Position numbers and translations under genes: made by a program. A stretch of 64,000 bases of DNA from Bacillota bacterium (lineage in GTDB: Bacteria > Bacillota > Clostridia > Christensenellales > UMGS416). Below the pieces are notes generated by a model. That model ran no database searches and was not told the DNA's origin. It worked only from the letters and a program-made list of their open reading frames with translations. The DNA is taken from the NCBI GenBank assembly GCA_023421955.1, contig JAEZSE010000021.1, forward strand, positions 9,701 to 73,700, written 5' to 3'. Shown piece after piece: positions 36,355 to 45,277 of the stretch (position 1 is the first letter of the stretch; each line of letters opens with the position of its first letter).

Positions 36355-38823
36355 ATGAAACTCAGAACACGACTATCAGCCACAATCATTCCAGTTTTGT
36401 TGCTAGGTGTGATCATAATCAATGTTACGTTTGGGAGCTTCCTGCAAAACCTTTCACTCGCACAAGAGAAGATGCTGGTTGACCAAAGCGAAAAGAACAT
36501 CGTCCAGTTTCTCTCTGATCGAACAGACAAATACACCGGAACCGTTAATGACTGGGCTCATTGGAATGATACATACCATTTCGTGGCCGGAAACAATCCG
36601 GCTTATGTAAAAGACAATATTACTGAGGACACATTTGAGAACCTTGATATCAATTTCATGATATTAACCACGCTGGACGGAACCGTGGTTCATAAAGCAT
36701 ACTATTACTTTGGGATGGGTGACTTTGGAGGGTTTTCCATCCCGTTCCAAAACAGCATGAACAAGGCCATACAGAAATTTACAAACGGTGACGACCATTA
36801 CGGGATACTACAAATCGGAGACACGTTTTACTTCGTATCGTCATCAAGCGTCACTGATTCCAACAGTGTAAATGCTCCAAATGGCTACTTGATTTTTGGC
36901 AGGCAAATCAGCTGGCAAATCATCGATTCCCTGGAAAAGATATCCGGCTGCACGCTGGAGACCATCCGCGAAGTGGGCAATGAAGAACCCAGCAGTGCCA
37001 AATTGAAGGGGTCCGTCCCAGTATTTGAGAGAAATGTCGCGATTAGTGAGGATAGAAATTCGATCCTGATCACTCTTGTTGCACAGAACAACGAAGCCGA
37101 GTTTCCAGATGTCGAGATGGGGCTTACCATGGACCGTTCCTTATACGTCATGTCCCTTGAAAGAGCGCTTCGGTTTGCTTTGTTCAACACCATTGCTTTG
37201 TTGATATTATCGTTCACGATATTCTTGATTGTCGGCAGATATTTGTCCAAACCGTTTATAAACCTGGTCAACGATCTGAAAGAAATAGACATCAGCGAAA
37301 ACCACTTTACAAGAATGCCTGGCAATAAAATCGCAGAGTTTTCCTTTATCAGTGAATCGATCAACAACTTGCTTACGAGGATTGAAGCGGAACACAGCAA
37401 GGTGGTGGCCAACGAGGAGAAACTGCAGGCAACATTGCTGTCGGTGGGCGATGGGGTGGTATCGGTGGACAACACCGGTCTGGTCCAATTCCTGAATCCT
37501 ATTGCGGAGCATCTGACCGGGTGGACACTGCAGGAAGCGCTGAACCAACCCATTGAGAACGTTTTCCGCATTATCAACGAATACACACGCGATCTGGTGG
37601 AAAGCCCGGTGAAGGTCGTGTTTGAAACACAAAAGATTGTCGATCTTACGAACCACACATTACTGGTCTCGAGAGATGGCACAGAACGCCCGATTGAAGA
37701 CACCGCCGCGCCTATCCTCGATGTGCATGGCCAGACCATCGGATGCGTGTTGGTGTTCCGTGATTTCAGTGAGCGCAAGGAACGTCAACGCCGTATTGAG
37801 TATCTAAGCTACCATGATCAACTCTCCGGGCTTTACAACCGGCGGTTCTTTGAGGAAGAATTGCGGCGGCTCGATGTGAGCCGGAATCTGCCCATCTCCT
37901 TCATCTATTCAGACGTGAACGGGTTGAAAACAATCAACGATGCATTCGGCCATCAGGTTGGCGATCAGTTGATCCGCGAGGTATCTGATGCAATGAAAGC
38001 AGAGTGCCGCGCAGACGACATCATTGCCAGGACAGGCGGCGATGAGTTTATCATCCTATTGCCAAAAACCGATTCTCATGCCGTGGAAAAAATCACTGAG
38101 CGAATCCATGAGCGGGTTGAAATGATTAAGTTCATGGAGATCGGCGCCTCCATCGCGTTCGGGTGGAGCACGAAGCTATTGGAAGGCCAACACGTCTGGG
38201 ATGTGCTGAAAAAAGCAGAAAACAAGATGTATCAAAACAAGATCCTGCACGCAGCCAGCAAGCGTAACGCAGTGATCCGCTCCATCATGAATGCGCTGTT
38301 GGTAAAAAGCCCGAGAGAAAACGCACACTCCAAACGAGTCAGTAAGCTTTGCGAAGATATGGGAGTGGTGCTTAACTTGAAAATCGACGAGATCAGAGAG
38401 CTCAAAACAGCCGGCGAGCTGCACGACATTGGAAAAATCGCGGTGGATGAAACTCTCCTTGACAAGACAGAAAAGCTGTCTGACAGCGAACTGGCCCAAA
38501 TCAGGCAACACCCGGAAATTGGGTTTCGGCTGTTGAACACATCCAACGAGTTTTACTTCATTGCAGAATATGTGCTGGCACACCACGAGCGCTGGGACGG
38601 AACCGGGTACCCCCGCGGGTTGGTTGGCGAGGCAATCCCATGGAAGGCCAGGATCATTGCCATCGCCGATTCCTATGACGCGATGACCAGTGACCGGCCA
38701 TACCGCAAGGCCATGTCGATGGAAGATGCCATTGCAGAGTTGAAGAAAAGCGCAAGCACCCAGTTCGACCCCGATATCGCCAAGGTATTTGTGGAAAAGG
38801 TATTGGGAGAAAGCTGGCAGTAA
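36355..38823 (+). CDS. Membrane sensor with CHASE4-like, HAMP, PAS, GGDEF and HD-GYP domains (c-di-GMP synthesis and hydrolysis)
   Basis: Two TM segments flank a periplasmic region (WAHWNDTYHF). The GGDEF motif RTGGDEFIILL is intact, as are HD (ELHDIGK) and HHERWDGTGYP. Confidence 0.85.
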   Translation: MKLRTRLSATIIPVLLLGVIIINVTFGSFLQNLSLAQEKMLVDQSEKNIVQFLSDRTDKYTGTVNDWAHWNDTYHFVAGNNPAYVKDNITEDTFENLDINFMILTTLDGTVVHKAYYYFGMGDFGGFSIPFQNSMNKAIQKFTNGDDHYGILQIGDTFYFVSSSSVTDSNSVNAPNGYLIFGRQISWQIIDSLEKISGCTLETIREVGNEEPSSAKLKGSVPVFERNVAISEDRNSILITLVAQNNEAEFPDVEMGLTMDRSLYVMSLERALRFALFNTIALLILSFTIFLIVGRYLSKPFINLVNDLKEIDISENHFTRMPGNKIAEFSFISESINNLLTRIEAEHSKVVANEEKLQATLLSVGDGVVSVDNTGLVQFLNPIAEHLTGWTLQEALNQPIENVFRIINEYTRDLVESPVKVVFETQKIVDLTNHTLLVSRDGTERPIEDTAAPILDVHGQTIGCVLVFRDFSERKERQRRIEYLSYHDQLSGLYNRRFFEEELRRLDVSRNLPISFIYSDVNGLKTINDAFGHQVGDQLIREVSDAMKAECRADDIIARTGGDEFIILLPKTDSHAVEKITERIHERVEMIKFMEIGASIAFGWSTKLLEGQHVWDVLKKAENKMYQNKILHAASKRNAVIRSIMNALLVKSPRENAHSKRVSKLCEDMGVVLNLKIDEIRELKTAGELHDIGKIAVDETLLDKTEKLSDSELAQIRQHPEIGFRLLNTSNEFYFIAEYVLAHHERWDGTGYPRGLVGEAIPWKARIIAIADSYDAMTSDRPYRKAMSMEDAIAELKKSASTQFDPDIAKVFVEKVLGESWQ

Positions 38824-39026
38824 TTTATTCCTCTACCCATACATACCGCACGCGGTAAACCGCGCCGCCATGGCGGGATAATGGAGCGGACTCCCCATTG
38901 CTGTTCAGCGGATCCATGCACAGGTGTTCTCCATTGGAAGCTCCCACAATCAGCACCCGATGCACATCCAGTTACCGCCAGTGCCATTGCAGCAAACGCC
39001 GCAATGATCAGCATCCGCCGCCTCAT
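38673..39026 (-). pseudogene. Lipoprotein-like ORF or remnant overlapping the 3' end of the sensor gene
   Basis: GGAGG lies 6 nt before the ATG. The signal peptide plus lipobox MRRRMLIIAAFAAMALAVTGC is clean, but the mature part is W/R-rich and non-protein-like and runs 150 nt into the convergent gene. Confidence 0.25.
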
Positions 39027-39204
39027 TCCACGCCTCCATATCTCCATTGTTGGCCCGAGTATATCACCGGGCCAAGCTCTAAACAAGCTGTTTCAAGCAT
39101 ACACTATAAACACTCGCTGCGACAAACAAGCCGACAACGTTGCCAAACTCTTGCATTCCGGTTATACTGAATCCATCGGAAAAGCACATCATCACATCGG
39201 AGGA

Positions 39205-39597
39205 ATGGCAATGTACTGCGCGCATTGCGGCAATCGGATATCGGAAGAGGCCAGCTTTTGCACCCAATGTGGGGCCAAAGCTGCAATCAGCCAACCGCAC
39301 ACCGTTGTGTCACGCATCTCAGGCTCACCCATTGAGGTCTATGTGGAAACCAACAGCCCATCAGCCATCGCCCTTTGCCATAGGCTGCACAGCGAACTGA
39401 ACCTGCCCTACCCCATCGCACAGACGCCGGAACAGGCTGACCGCCGCTGGAAGCCTGGCATGGCTTGCTTTTATGTGAAGGGCAACGAGTGGGACATACT
39501 AAACCTGAAAGAAGCCATCACGATGCGCCTTTTGGTCGAGGGTTGGCAGATGCAGCCGGCGACCAGCATATTTGTCCGTGAGGAAACAGAGCTTTGA
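39205..39597 (+). CDS. Zinc-ribbon domain protein of unknown function
   Basis: N-terminal CAHCG...CTQCG ribbon. GGAGG lies immediately upstream. The C-terminal domain of about 100 aa is unassigned. Confidence 0.65.
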   Translation: MAMYCAHCGNRISEEASFCTQCGAKAAISQPHTVVSRISGSPIEVYVETNSPSAIALCHRLHSELNLPYPIAQTPEQADRRWKPGMACFYVKGNEWDILNLKEAITMRLLVEGWQMQPATSIFVREETEL

Positions 39598-39678
39598 TCC
39601 CGGGTTAAGATCAATTCATCATATTTGCGGCTCAAACGGCATTACAATGTATCATCTCCGAAAGGAGGATGCGTTGCC

Positions 39679-40161
39679 TTGCGTGAAAAATACTGGGCTT
39701 ATTACACGGGCACAAAGTATGAGCTTCTCTATTTCTACGAATACCGCAACGATTCCTACCGGTGGATGAGATACCTCGAGAGCTTTCTGGCAATTGTGTC
39801 CAGCACCAGCGTGGCGGCGTGGGCAGTATGGAGCCAATTGCCGCTGCTATGGGCGGTGCTGATTGCAGCGTCACAGGTAATGACGGCGGTGAAGCAATAT
39901 CTGCCATACAGCAAGCGGGTCACGGCGCTCAATGAGCTGTTGCCCCGACTGGACGCCGTGCTCAACCGTATTGACCACGACTGGTTGCGAGTTGATAAGG
40001 GCAGCCTGACCGATGAGCAAATCAACGACCTGCTCTTCAGTTACAAAAAAGAATGCACCGACCTTGCAAACCAGCACCTGACCGGCGTTTACCTCCCAGA
40101 GCGGGAAGATTTTCGCAGGGCGGCGCAGGGCAAGGCTGAATGCTTTTTTGAGTGTTTTTAG
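39679..40161 (+). CDS. Two-TM protein, SLATT-like architecture (candidate)
   Basis: TTG start 10 nt after GGAGG. The layout is an aromatic N-terminal helix (YWAYY), two adjacent TM helices and a C-terminal helical domain, as in SLATT/DUF4231-type proteins. Confidence 0.45.
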   Translation: MREKYWAYYTGTKYELLYFYEYRNDSYRWMRYLESFLAIVSSTSVAAWAVWSQLPLLWAVLIAASQVMTAVKQYLPYSKRVTALNELLPRLDAVLNRIDHDWLRVDKGSLTDEQINDLLFSYKKECTDLANQHLTGVYLPEREDFRRAAQGKAECFFECF

Positions 40162-40171
40162 AGGGAAGACA

Positions 40172-40378
40172 ATGAAAAAAAACGAAACAGTAAATGGCTC
40201 CAGCGTACGGACTCCAGGTGACAACCGGCACAACTTCGCACAGGTGCCAGCAATGACCCGGCCCATCCCGCTGCCCCGCATGGATATGCTCCAGCAGCGG
40301 GAGGAGGTTGGAAAACAAATCAAAACCAGCCTGGATCAGAATGACTCGCTGCCTTCCGCGAAGGGAATCAGAGAGTAA
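40172..40378 (+). CDS. Small hypothetical protein (68 aa, probably disordered)
   Basis: GAGGGAAG lies upstream of the ATG, directly after the 2-TM gene. Low-complexity polar sequence. Confidence 0.35.
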   Translation: MKKNETVNGSSVRTPGDNRHNFAQVPAMTRPIPLPRMDMLQQREEVGKQIKTSLDQNDSLPSAKGIRE

Positions 40379-40425
40379 AGTTTTACACATTTACCCCCGT
40401 TAGCCTTGATGATATAATTGTCCTC

Positions 40426-41505
40426 ATGAAAAAGGCACTTATATTCTTGCTGTGTTCTATCATGTTACTTGCCGCGGGCTGCTCCGGCTCGTCGGGCTAT
40501 CAAAAATACTCCACCGAATTTCTGGACACCTTTGACACTGTGATTCAGGTGATGGGCTATAGCAAAAGCCAGGCTGAGTTTGACAATTGGGCAGAAAAAG
40601 CACAAGCTCGTTTCGTAGAGCTGAATAAGCTTTATGATATGTATCACGACTACGACGGTGTCAACAACATCAAAACCATCAACGATAATGCCGGTAAACA
40701 GCCTGTAAAGGTGAGCTCCGATATCATCCAAATGCTTCTGTTTTGCAAGCAGTGGCAGGCCAAAACACCGGAGGCCATCAACATCGCGCTTGGCGCGATG
40801 GTTGGCATCTGGCACGATTACCGCCAGGCCGGTTTGGACAATCCAGGCCAGGCCGCCTTGCCTCCCATAGATAAACTTGAGGATGCAGCGTCACATAGCA
40901 ATATCGATGATGTGATCATAGACGAGGCAGCTGGCACAGTTTATCTGCGGGACCCGGAAATGCGTCTGGACGTGGGTTCGGTTGCCAAGGGTTACGCGAC
41001 TGAGCTGGTGGCCAAGGAACTAAACAGCCTGGGTTGGCAGTCATTCGTGATCAACAGCGGCGGCAACGTGCGTGCCATCGGGGCGAAACTGGACGGCAAG
41101 AATTCCAAATGGGGTGTGGGCATCACCGATCCGGGAAATCCCGGTGACGCAGTCACCGCCGCCAAGTTGCTGGATACAGCATATGTGGCAGGTCTATCCG
41201 TGACGACTGCAGGTGATTATCAGCGTTACTACACCGTGGATGGCAAACGCTACCACCATATCATCGACCCAGAAACGCTGATGCCTGCCAATCATTTCAA
41301 AGCTGTCTCCGTGGTGACAGAGAGCTCTGCTGTGGCTGATTTTGTAGACACCGTGCTGTTCATCCTGCCCTACGAGGATGGTTTGGCCTATATTCAAAGC
41401 ATTGGCGGCATCGAAGCGATGTGGGTGCTGCCTGACGGCACCATCCGGGCTACCGATGGCATGAAGGCGATGCTGAAGAACCTGGGTGGGGCGACGGCTC
41501 AATAA
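40426..41505 (+). CDS. apbE: FAD:protein FMN transferase (ApbE family) lipoprotein
   Basis: Lipobox LLAAGC. ApbE features FDT, VAKGYA, GGN and HHIIDP. Confidence 0.9.
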   Translation: MKKALIFLLCSIMLLAAGCSGSSGYQKYSTEFLDTFDTVIQVMGYSKSQAEFDNWAEKAQARFVELNKLYDMYHDYDGVNNIKTINDNAGKQPVKVSSDIIQMLLFCKQWQAKTPEAINIALGAMVGIWHDYRQAGLDNPGQAALPPIDKLEDAASHSNIDDVIIDEAAGTVYLRDPEMRLDVGSVAKGYATELVAKELNSLGWQSFVINSGGNVRAIGAKLDGKNSKWGVGITDPGNPGDAVTAAKLLDTAYVAGLSVTTAGDYQRYYTVDGKRYHHIIDPETLMPANHFKAVSVVTESSAVADFVDTVLFILPYEDGLAYIQSIGGIEAMWVLPDGTIRATDGMKAMLKNLGGATAQ

Positions 41506-41607
41506 CAAGACTTGCCGTTTCTTGGCACGTGAAGTCAAATTGCATGCCTTTGTGACAAAAAGATGCTATAATACCGATATTCTTTCCTATTTTAAGGAGT
41601 TCTGCCG

Positions 41608-42516
41608 GTGTATTATATAATATGCAATCCCACCGCCGGCGGCGGAAGGGCGTTGGAAACGCTTACGCAACTCGAGGCCCACATGAAGGCCAAGGGCATA
41701 GCCTATGAAATCGGCATGTCGCAATACCACAAACACGCAGTGGATCTGGTGAAGCAGGCCCTTGAAAAAGGATACCGCAACATCTTGACGCTTGGCGGTG
41801 ACGGCACGGTGTTTGAAGCCGTGAACGGTCTGGCCCAGTCCGGACTGCTGGACGAGGCCGCCATCGGCTTTCTGCCGGGTGGCACAGGCAACGACACCAC
41901 CCGTTGTCTGAACACACCACAGGACCCTCTGGAAGCCTTTGACGCGTTAATCAACGGACGAGTTGCCAAAATCGACCTGTGGAACGCCAACGGCTTGTAT
42001 TTCGTCAATGTGTTCGGGTTGGGGCTGGACACCGACCTGGCTGGTTGGGCATCCAAAACCAAGAAGATCATGAAGGGGATGCCCGCCTATATCGTGGCCT
42101 TGTTGCTCACGCTGTTCAACTTCAAGTTCAAGAAGGTTCGTCTCACAATAGACGGCAAGGTGATGGAGCGTGAACTGGTGGTGCTGACCGCCTCCAACGG
42201 CAAGTATTATGGAGGCGGAATACTGGTGTCGCCCGATGGTATTGAGGATGACGGCAAACTGGAGCTGGTGATGATCAACCGCGTAAACAAGCTGCGCATC
42301 CCAGGGCTGCTTGCCAAATACATCGCGGGCCGCCACATCAAGGAAATCAAGGAATGTGAGTATATCCGCACCGAAGGCTTCACCATTGAATCAGGTATGG
42401 ACATCCATTGCGAGACCGATGGTGAAATTGAGCTTGCACTGCCTGTGACGGTGCGGCGGGCAGATAAGCCCATCCGTGTGATCGTATCCGGGGCGTTCTC
42501 CCCGACGGGAGGTTGA
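41608..42516 (+). CDS. Diacylglycerol kinase family lipid kinase (YegS/DagK-like)
   Basis: NP.AGGG and GGDGTVFEAVNGL motifs. GTG start 7 nt after AAGGAG. Confidence 0.85.
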   Translation: MYYIICNPTAGGGRALETLTQLEAHMKAKGIAYEIGMSQYHKHAVDLVKQALEKGYRNILTLGGDGTVFEAVNGLAQSGLLDEAAIGFLPGGTGNDTTRCLNTPQDPLEAFDALINGRVAKIDLWNANGLYFVNVFGLGLDTDLAGWASKTKKIMKGMPAYIVALLLTLFNFKFKKVRLTIDGKVMERELVVLTASNGKYYGGGILVSPDGIEDDGKLELVMINRVNKLRIPGLLAKYIAGRHIKEIKECEYIRTEGFTIESGMDIHCETDGEIELALPVTVRRADKPIRVIVSGAFSPTGG

Positions 42517-43623
42517 ATGTATCGCAGGCCCAGAAAAAAGGTGCACCTTGGATGGCTGCTCGCAATTGTGGCGCTTGTCGTGCTGGCCGGCATCGGATAT
42601 GGTGTCTACAAACTGATTGCTGGAACGCCAGAGCTTGACCGTGACGCGTTTTTGCTCCCCACTCCCAACAAGGATGGGGTATATCCATGGAGCAATGGCG
42701 TGCTCTGTGTCTATGATAACAAGCTGATCTGCAATGAACTCAATAAGGATGCCCCTCTCTGGACGATTGACCTGCCAGCCAGCAATATGAAGGCACGCAA
42801 GGAAGGCGATTACACGGTGGCTTGGGGTGGGAACACCACTGTGCTGATTGATAAGGAAGGCATCAACAGGGGTGTCATGGCCGAGCCTGAGGGCACCGAG
42901 GTTGTACTGGCTGTGCCGGGTGGCAGTACGTTTGCCGTAATCATCAGGGAAGAGGGGCAACACCGCCTCAGGGTTTATTCTGTGAAGGATCTCAGCCAGG
43001 TGGATGAGATCCGTTTTCCCTATGCCAGCGTGCTGGGCTTGGGCTATTTTGGCGAAAAATCCAGCCAACTCTGGGTGCTGACGGTGGACTCCCACGGCAC
43101 AGATCCGGTTACCAGGATGACCACATATACCCCTGGGAAAAAGTACACTGGCGAGATCACGCTGCGAAACGAGATCGCTTACGCCGCCGTGATGCAGAAG
43201 GACCTGACCTATCTTGTGGGCACCCACACCCAAACGGTTTGGGAGCATGGCGGAGAGACAAAGCCCAGAAAGCTCATCTATGGATGGAACCTGCAGGACA
43301 CTCTGGTGGGTGCCAACGGCAAGGTTGCTTTTCTGTTTGCCCCGGCTGGTTCCGGAGCGCAACTATCCTCGCTGTGGTATGTGAACAGCGACGGCACCGA
43401 GTACCGCTTCCCACTGCCTGCAGGATGCACAAAAGCAATGCTCAAGGAAAACGGCAGGATTTGCGCCGTTACCGAAAACGGAGTGTATTCATTTGCTGCC
43501 AACGGCACATCAAGCCGTTTCTTTCCACTTGCAAATACGGTGGAAAGCATATCGGCGGTGGTGCCAGGCAAGGCGTTTGTGATCTATTCCAATCATCGGA
43601 ACTACTTGATGAACTTGCCATAA
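42517..43623 (+). CDS. Membrane-anchored beta-rich hypothetical protein (DUF5711-like)
   Basis: N-terminal TM anchor and a repetitive beta-strand ectodomain. It starts directly after the lipid kinase stop. Confidence 0.5.
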   Translation: MYRRPRKKVHLGWLLAIVALVVLAGIGYGVYKLIAGTPELDRDAFLLPTPNKDGVYPWSNGVLCVYDNKLICNELNKDAPLWTIDLPASNMKARKEGDYTVAWGGNTTVLIDKEGINRGVMAEPEGTEVVLAVPGGSTFAVIIREEGQHRLRVYSVKDLSQVDEIRFPYASVLGLGYFGEKSSQLWVLTVDSHGTDPVTRMTTYTPGKKYTGEITLRNEIAYAAVMQKDLTYLVGTHTQTVWEHGGETKPRKLIYGWNLQDTLVGANGKVAFLFAPAGSGAQLSSLWYVNSDGTEYRFPLPAGCTKAMLKENGRICAVTENGVYSFAANGTSSRFFPLANTVESISAVVPGKAFVIYSNHRNYLMNLP

Positions 43624-43724
43624 ACACGCTGTGACTTGACTGAAACAATACAAAGCATTAAGATTGCGTTGTGCGAAGCCTTTGGCGGCGCATGGGATCG
43701 TATCGTGTGCCTGGAGGCAAAGGT

Positions 43725-44441
43725 TTGGAAATTAACATCCTTGACATAACCGTATACGCCATCATCCTGATCAGTGTCGCGGCCGGCGTTTATCAGGGGT
43801 TTCTTGCCACGTCTGCCAATACTGCGGGGTATTTTATTGCGCTCATCTCTGCTTGGCTGTTTTACGGCGGTGCCGCCGCCAATGTCAAGGCAGCGGGAAA
43901 AATCATTCCGGCGCTGCTGTATTACTCAGAATCATCCGATATGCTTGGCACTGTGGATACCTATCGCACCAGCGTGGAGGGGATCACCAAATCGGGGCTC
44001 GACTCCCTGCTGAAGGCCTTGCCGCTCCCCCACCCAGTCGATCAATGGTTTTCGGGTAATGTATTGAACCAAGTATATGAAAAGATGGGCATCCAGAACC
44101 TTGGGGACTACCTGTCACGCACCGTGGCGGAAGTGGCTGTGAACATTGGATGCTTTCTGATGATCTTCCTGGGTGTCTATATTGCCTTGACAATTCTCGT
44201 GAACCTTTTGCATTATGTGGTAAAGCTGCCTTCCCTGCAGCAATTGGACGGTGTGGCAGGTGGTGTGATCGGGCTGGGCCGGGGCGTACTGCTGGTGTTT
44301 GTGCTGTTCCTGATCGTGCCAGTGATGCTATCGATGCTGCCCGTGCAGCAAATCAAGGAAATCGTGGAGACATCACACACGGCAGCGTTCTTCTATCAGC
44401 ACAACTTTTTATTCGGATGGATCCGGAGCTTCATTGGGTAA
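43725..44441 (+). CDS. cvpA: CvpA family membrane protein
   Basis: Four to five TM helices beginning NILDITVYAIILISV. TTG start 7 nt after GGAGG (the alternative is GTG at 43671). Confidence 0.7.
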   Translation: MEINILDITVYAIILISVAAGVYQGFLATSANTAGYFIALISAWLFYGGAAANVKAAGKIIPALLYYSESSDMLGTVDTYRTSVEGITKSGLDSLLKALPLPHPVDQWFSGNVLNQVYEKMGIQNLGDYLSRTVAEVAVNIGCFLMIFLGVYIALTILVNLLHYVVKLPSLQQLDGVAGGVIGLGRGVLLVFVLFLIVPVMLSMLPVQQIKEIVETSHTAAFFYQHNFLFGWIRSFIG

Positions 44442-44462
44442 GCTCAAAGGGCTTTTTAACGC

Positions 44463-44491
44463 TGGACATCACTTAGCAGATATGTTATACT
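44463..44491 (+). promoter_or_regulatory. Promoter of the tRNA pair
   Basis: TGGACA, a 17-nt spacer, then TATACT. It ends 20 nt before tRNA-Thr. Confidence 0.5.
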
Positions 44492-44510
44492 TTCTTGCGC
44501 GGAAAAACGC

Positions 44511-44586
44511 GCCAATGTAGCTCAGTTGGCAGAGCAGCGGTTTCGTAAACCGCAGGTCAAGGGTTCGAATCCCTTCATTGGCTCCA
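44511..44586 (+). tRNA. tRNA-Thr (anticodon CGU), CCA encoded
   Basis: Hand-folded cloverleaf: acceptor GCCAATG/CATTGGC, D stem GCTC/GAGC, anticodon stem GCGGT/ACCGC with loop TTCGTAA, T arm AAGGG-TTCGAAT-CCCTT. Confidence 0.9.
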
Positions 44587-44590
44587 GTAT

Positions 44591-44667
44591 CGAGGTGTGG
44601 CTCAGTTTGGTAGAGCGCTGCGTTCGGGACGCAGAGGTCGTAGGTTCAAATCCTATCACCTCGACCA
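44591..44667 (+). tRNA. tRNA-Pro (anticodon CGG), CCA encoded
   Basis: Acceptor CGAGGTG/CACCTCG, D stem GCTC/GAGC, anticodon stem CTGCG/CGCAG with loop TTCGGGA, T arm GTAGG-TTCAAAT-CCTAT. Confidence 0.9.
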
Positions 44668-44693
44668 TATAATGTTGACAAAATAGATGCAAC

Positions 44694-44727
44694 GCCCGAA
44701 AAGCCCGTATTTACGGGCTTTTCGGGC
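44694..44727 (+). terminator. Perfect 14-bp hairpin after the tRNA pair
   Basis: gcccgaaaagcccg / tattta / cgggcttttcgggc. Confidence 0.65.
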
Positions 44728-44814
44728 ACTCTGGCCCTGATTTTCGAAAAGTGCGTTTCCGTAGATGCGCGACGCTACAAAGAGCTTTTTGGTGGGATTC
44801 GAACTTCCACGCAT

Positions 44815-44862
44815 TAAAAAACGGCTGTATGGATGAGAAAATCCATACAGCCGTTTTCTTTT
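44815..44862. terminator. Bidirectional terminator hairpin
   Basis: acggctgtatggat / gagaaa / atccatacagccgt, flanked by an A-run and a T-run. It lies immediately 3' of the minus-strand ORF ending at 44865. Confidence 0.75.
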
Positions 44863-44864
44863 TC

Positions 44865-45182
44865 TTATTTTTCTTTTAGCACATCCAATTGCCTGAGCAA
44901 TTTCACACAGTCGCGCATTCCACGCACATAACAGATGATCAATGTTTCCAGCTCTTTTTGTCCCGTCAGCAGAGCCAGATACTCTGCCACATTTTTTCGC
45001 TGCTCTTCGGTCAAGTGAATATCGCCTTCATGCTCGACTAACATTTCGATCACAGGGCTCAGTTTCGCCCGTCGTTTCACCTCCCGGTTATACACCTTAT
45101 CTGTTTGCATGAAGTGCATTGTGGCTTCATTGCATGCCTCCGCAAAGACGTCCTGCCAAACACATTCAAAGGACAAGCACAA
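44865..45182 (-). CDS. Hypothetical protein (mobile-element associated)
   Basis: 105-aa helical ORF followed by a strong terminator. The start may be the internal M at 45119. Confidence 0.5.
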   Translation of the reverse strand: MCLSFECVWQDVFAEACNEATMHFMQTDKVYNREVKRRAKLSPVIEMLVEHEGDIHLTEEQRKNVAEYLALLTGQKELETLIICYVRGMRDCVKLLRQLDVLKEK

Positions 45183-45277
45183 TCCCTCCCTCCAGTAGTT
45201 TATGAATGTTAGCTTCCGTAGGAGCAGATTGCAAGTCTTTGTTTCATATCGAATTTGGATAGAAAGGAGTCACTTGT

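Noticed and set aside
38881-39204. N-terminal 108-codon extension of the zinc-ribbon ORF
   Set aside because: There is no RBS at 38881 and the sequence is odd. A strong GGAGG lies directly before the internal ATG at 39205, where the zinc ribbon begins.
42391-43362. 323-aa minus-strand ORF
   Set aside because: It is antisense to the membrane-anchored DUF5711-like gene, which is co-directional with and contiguous to its neighbours.
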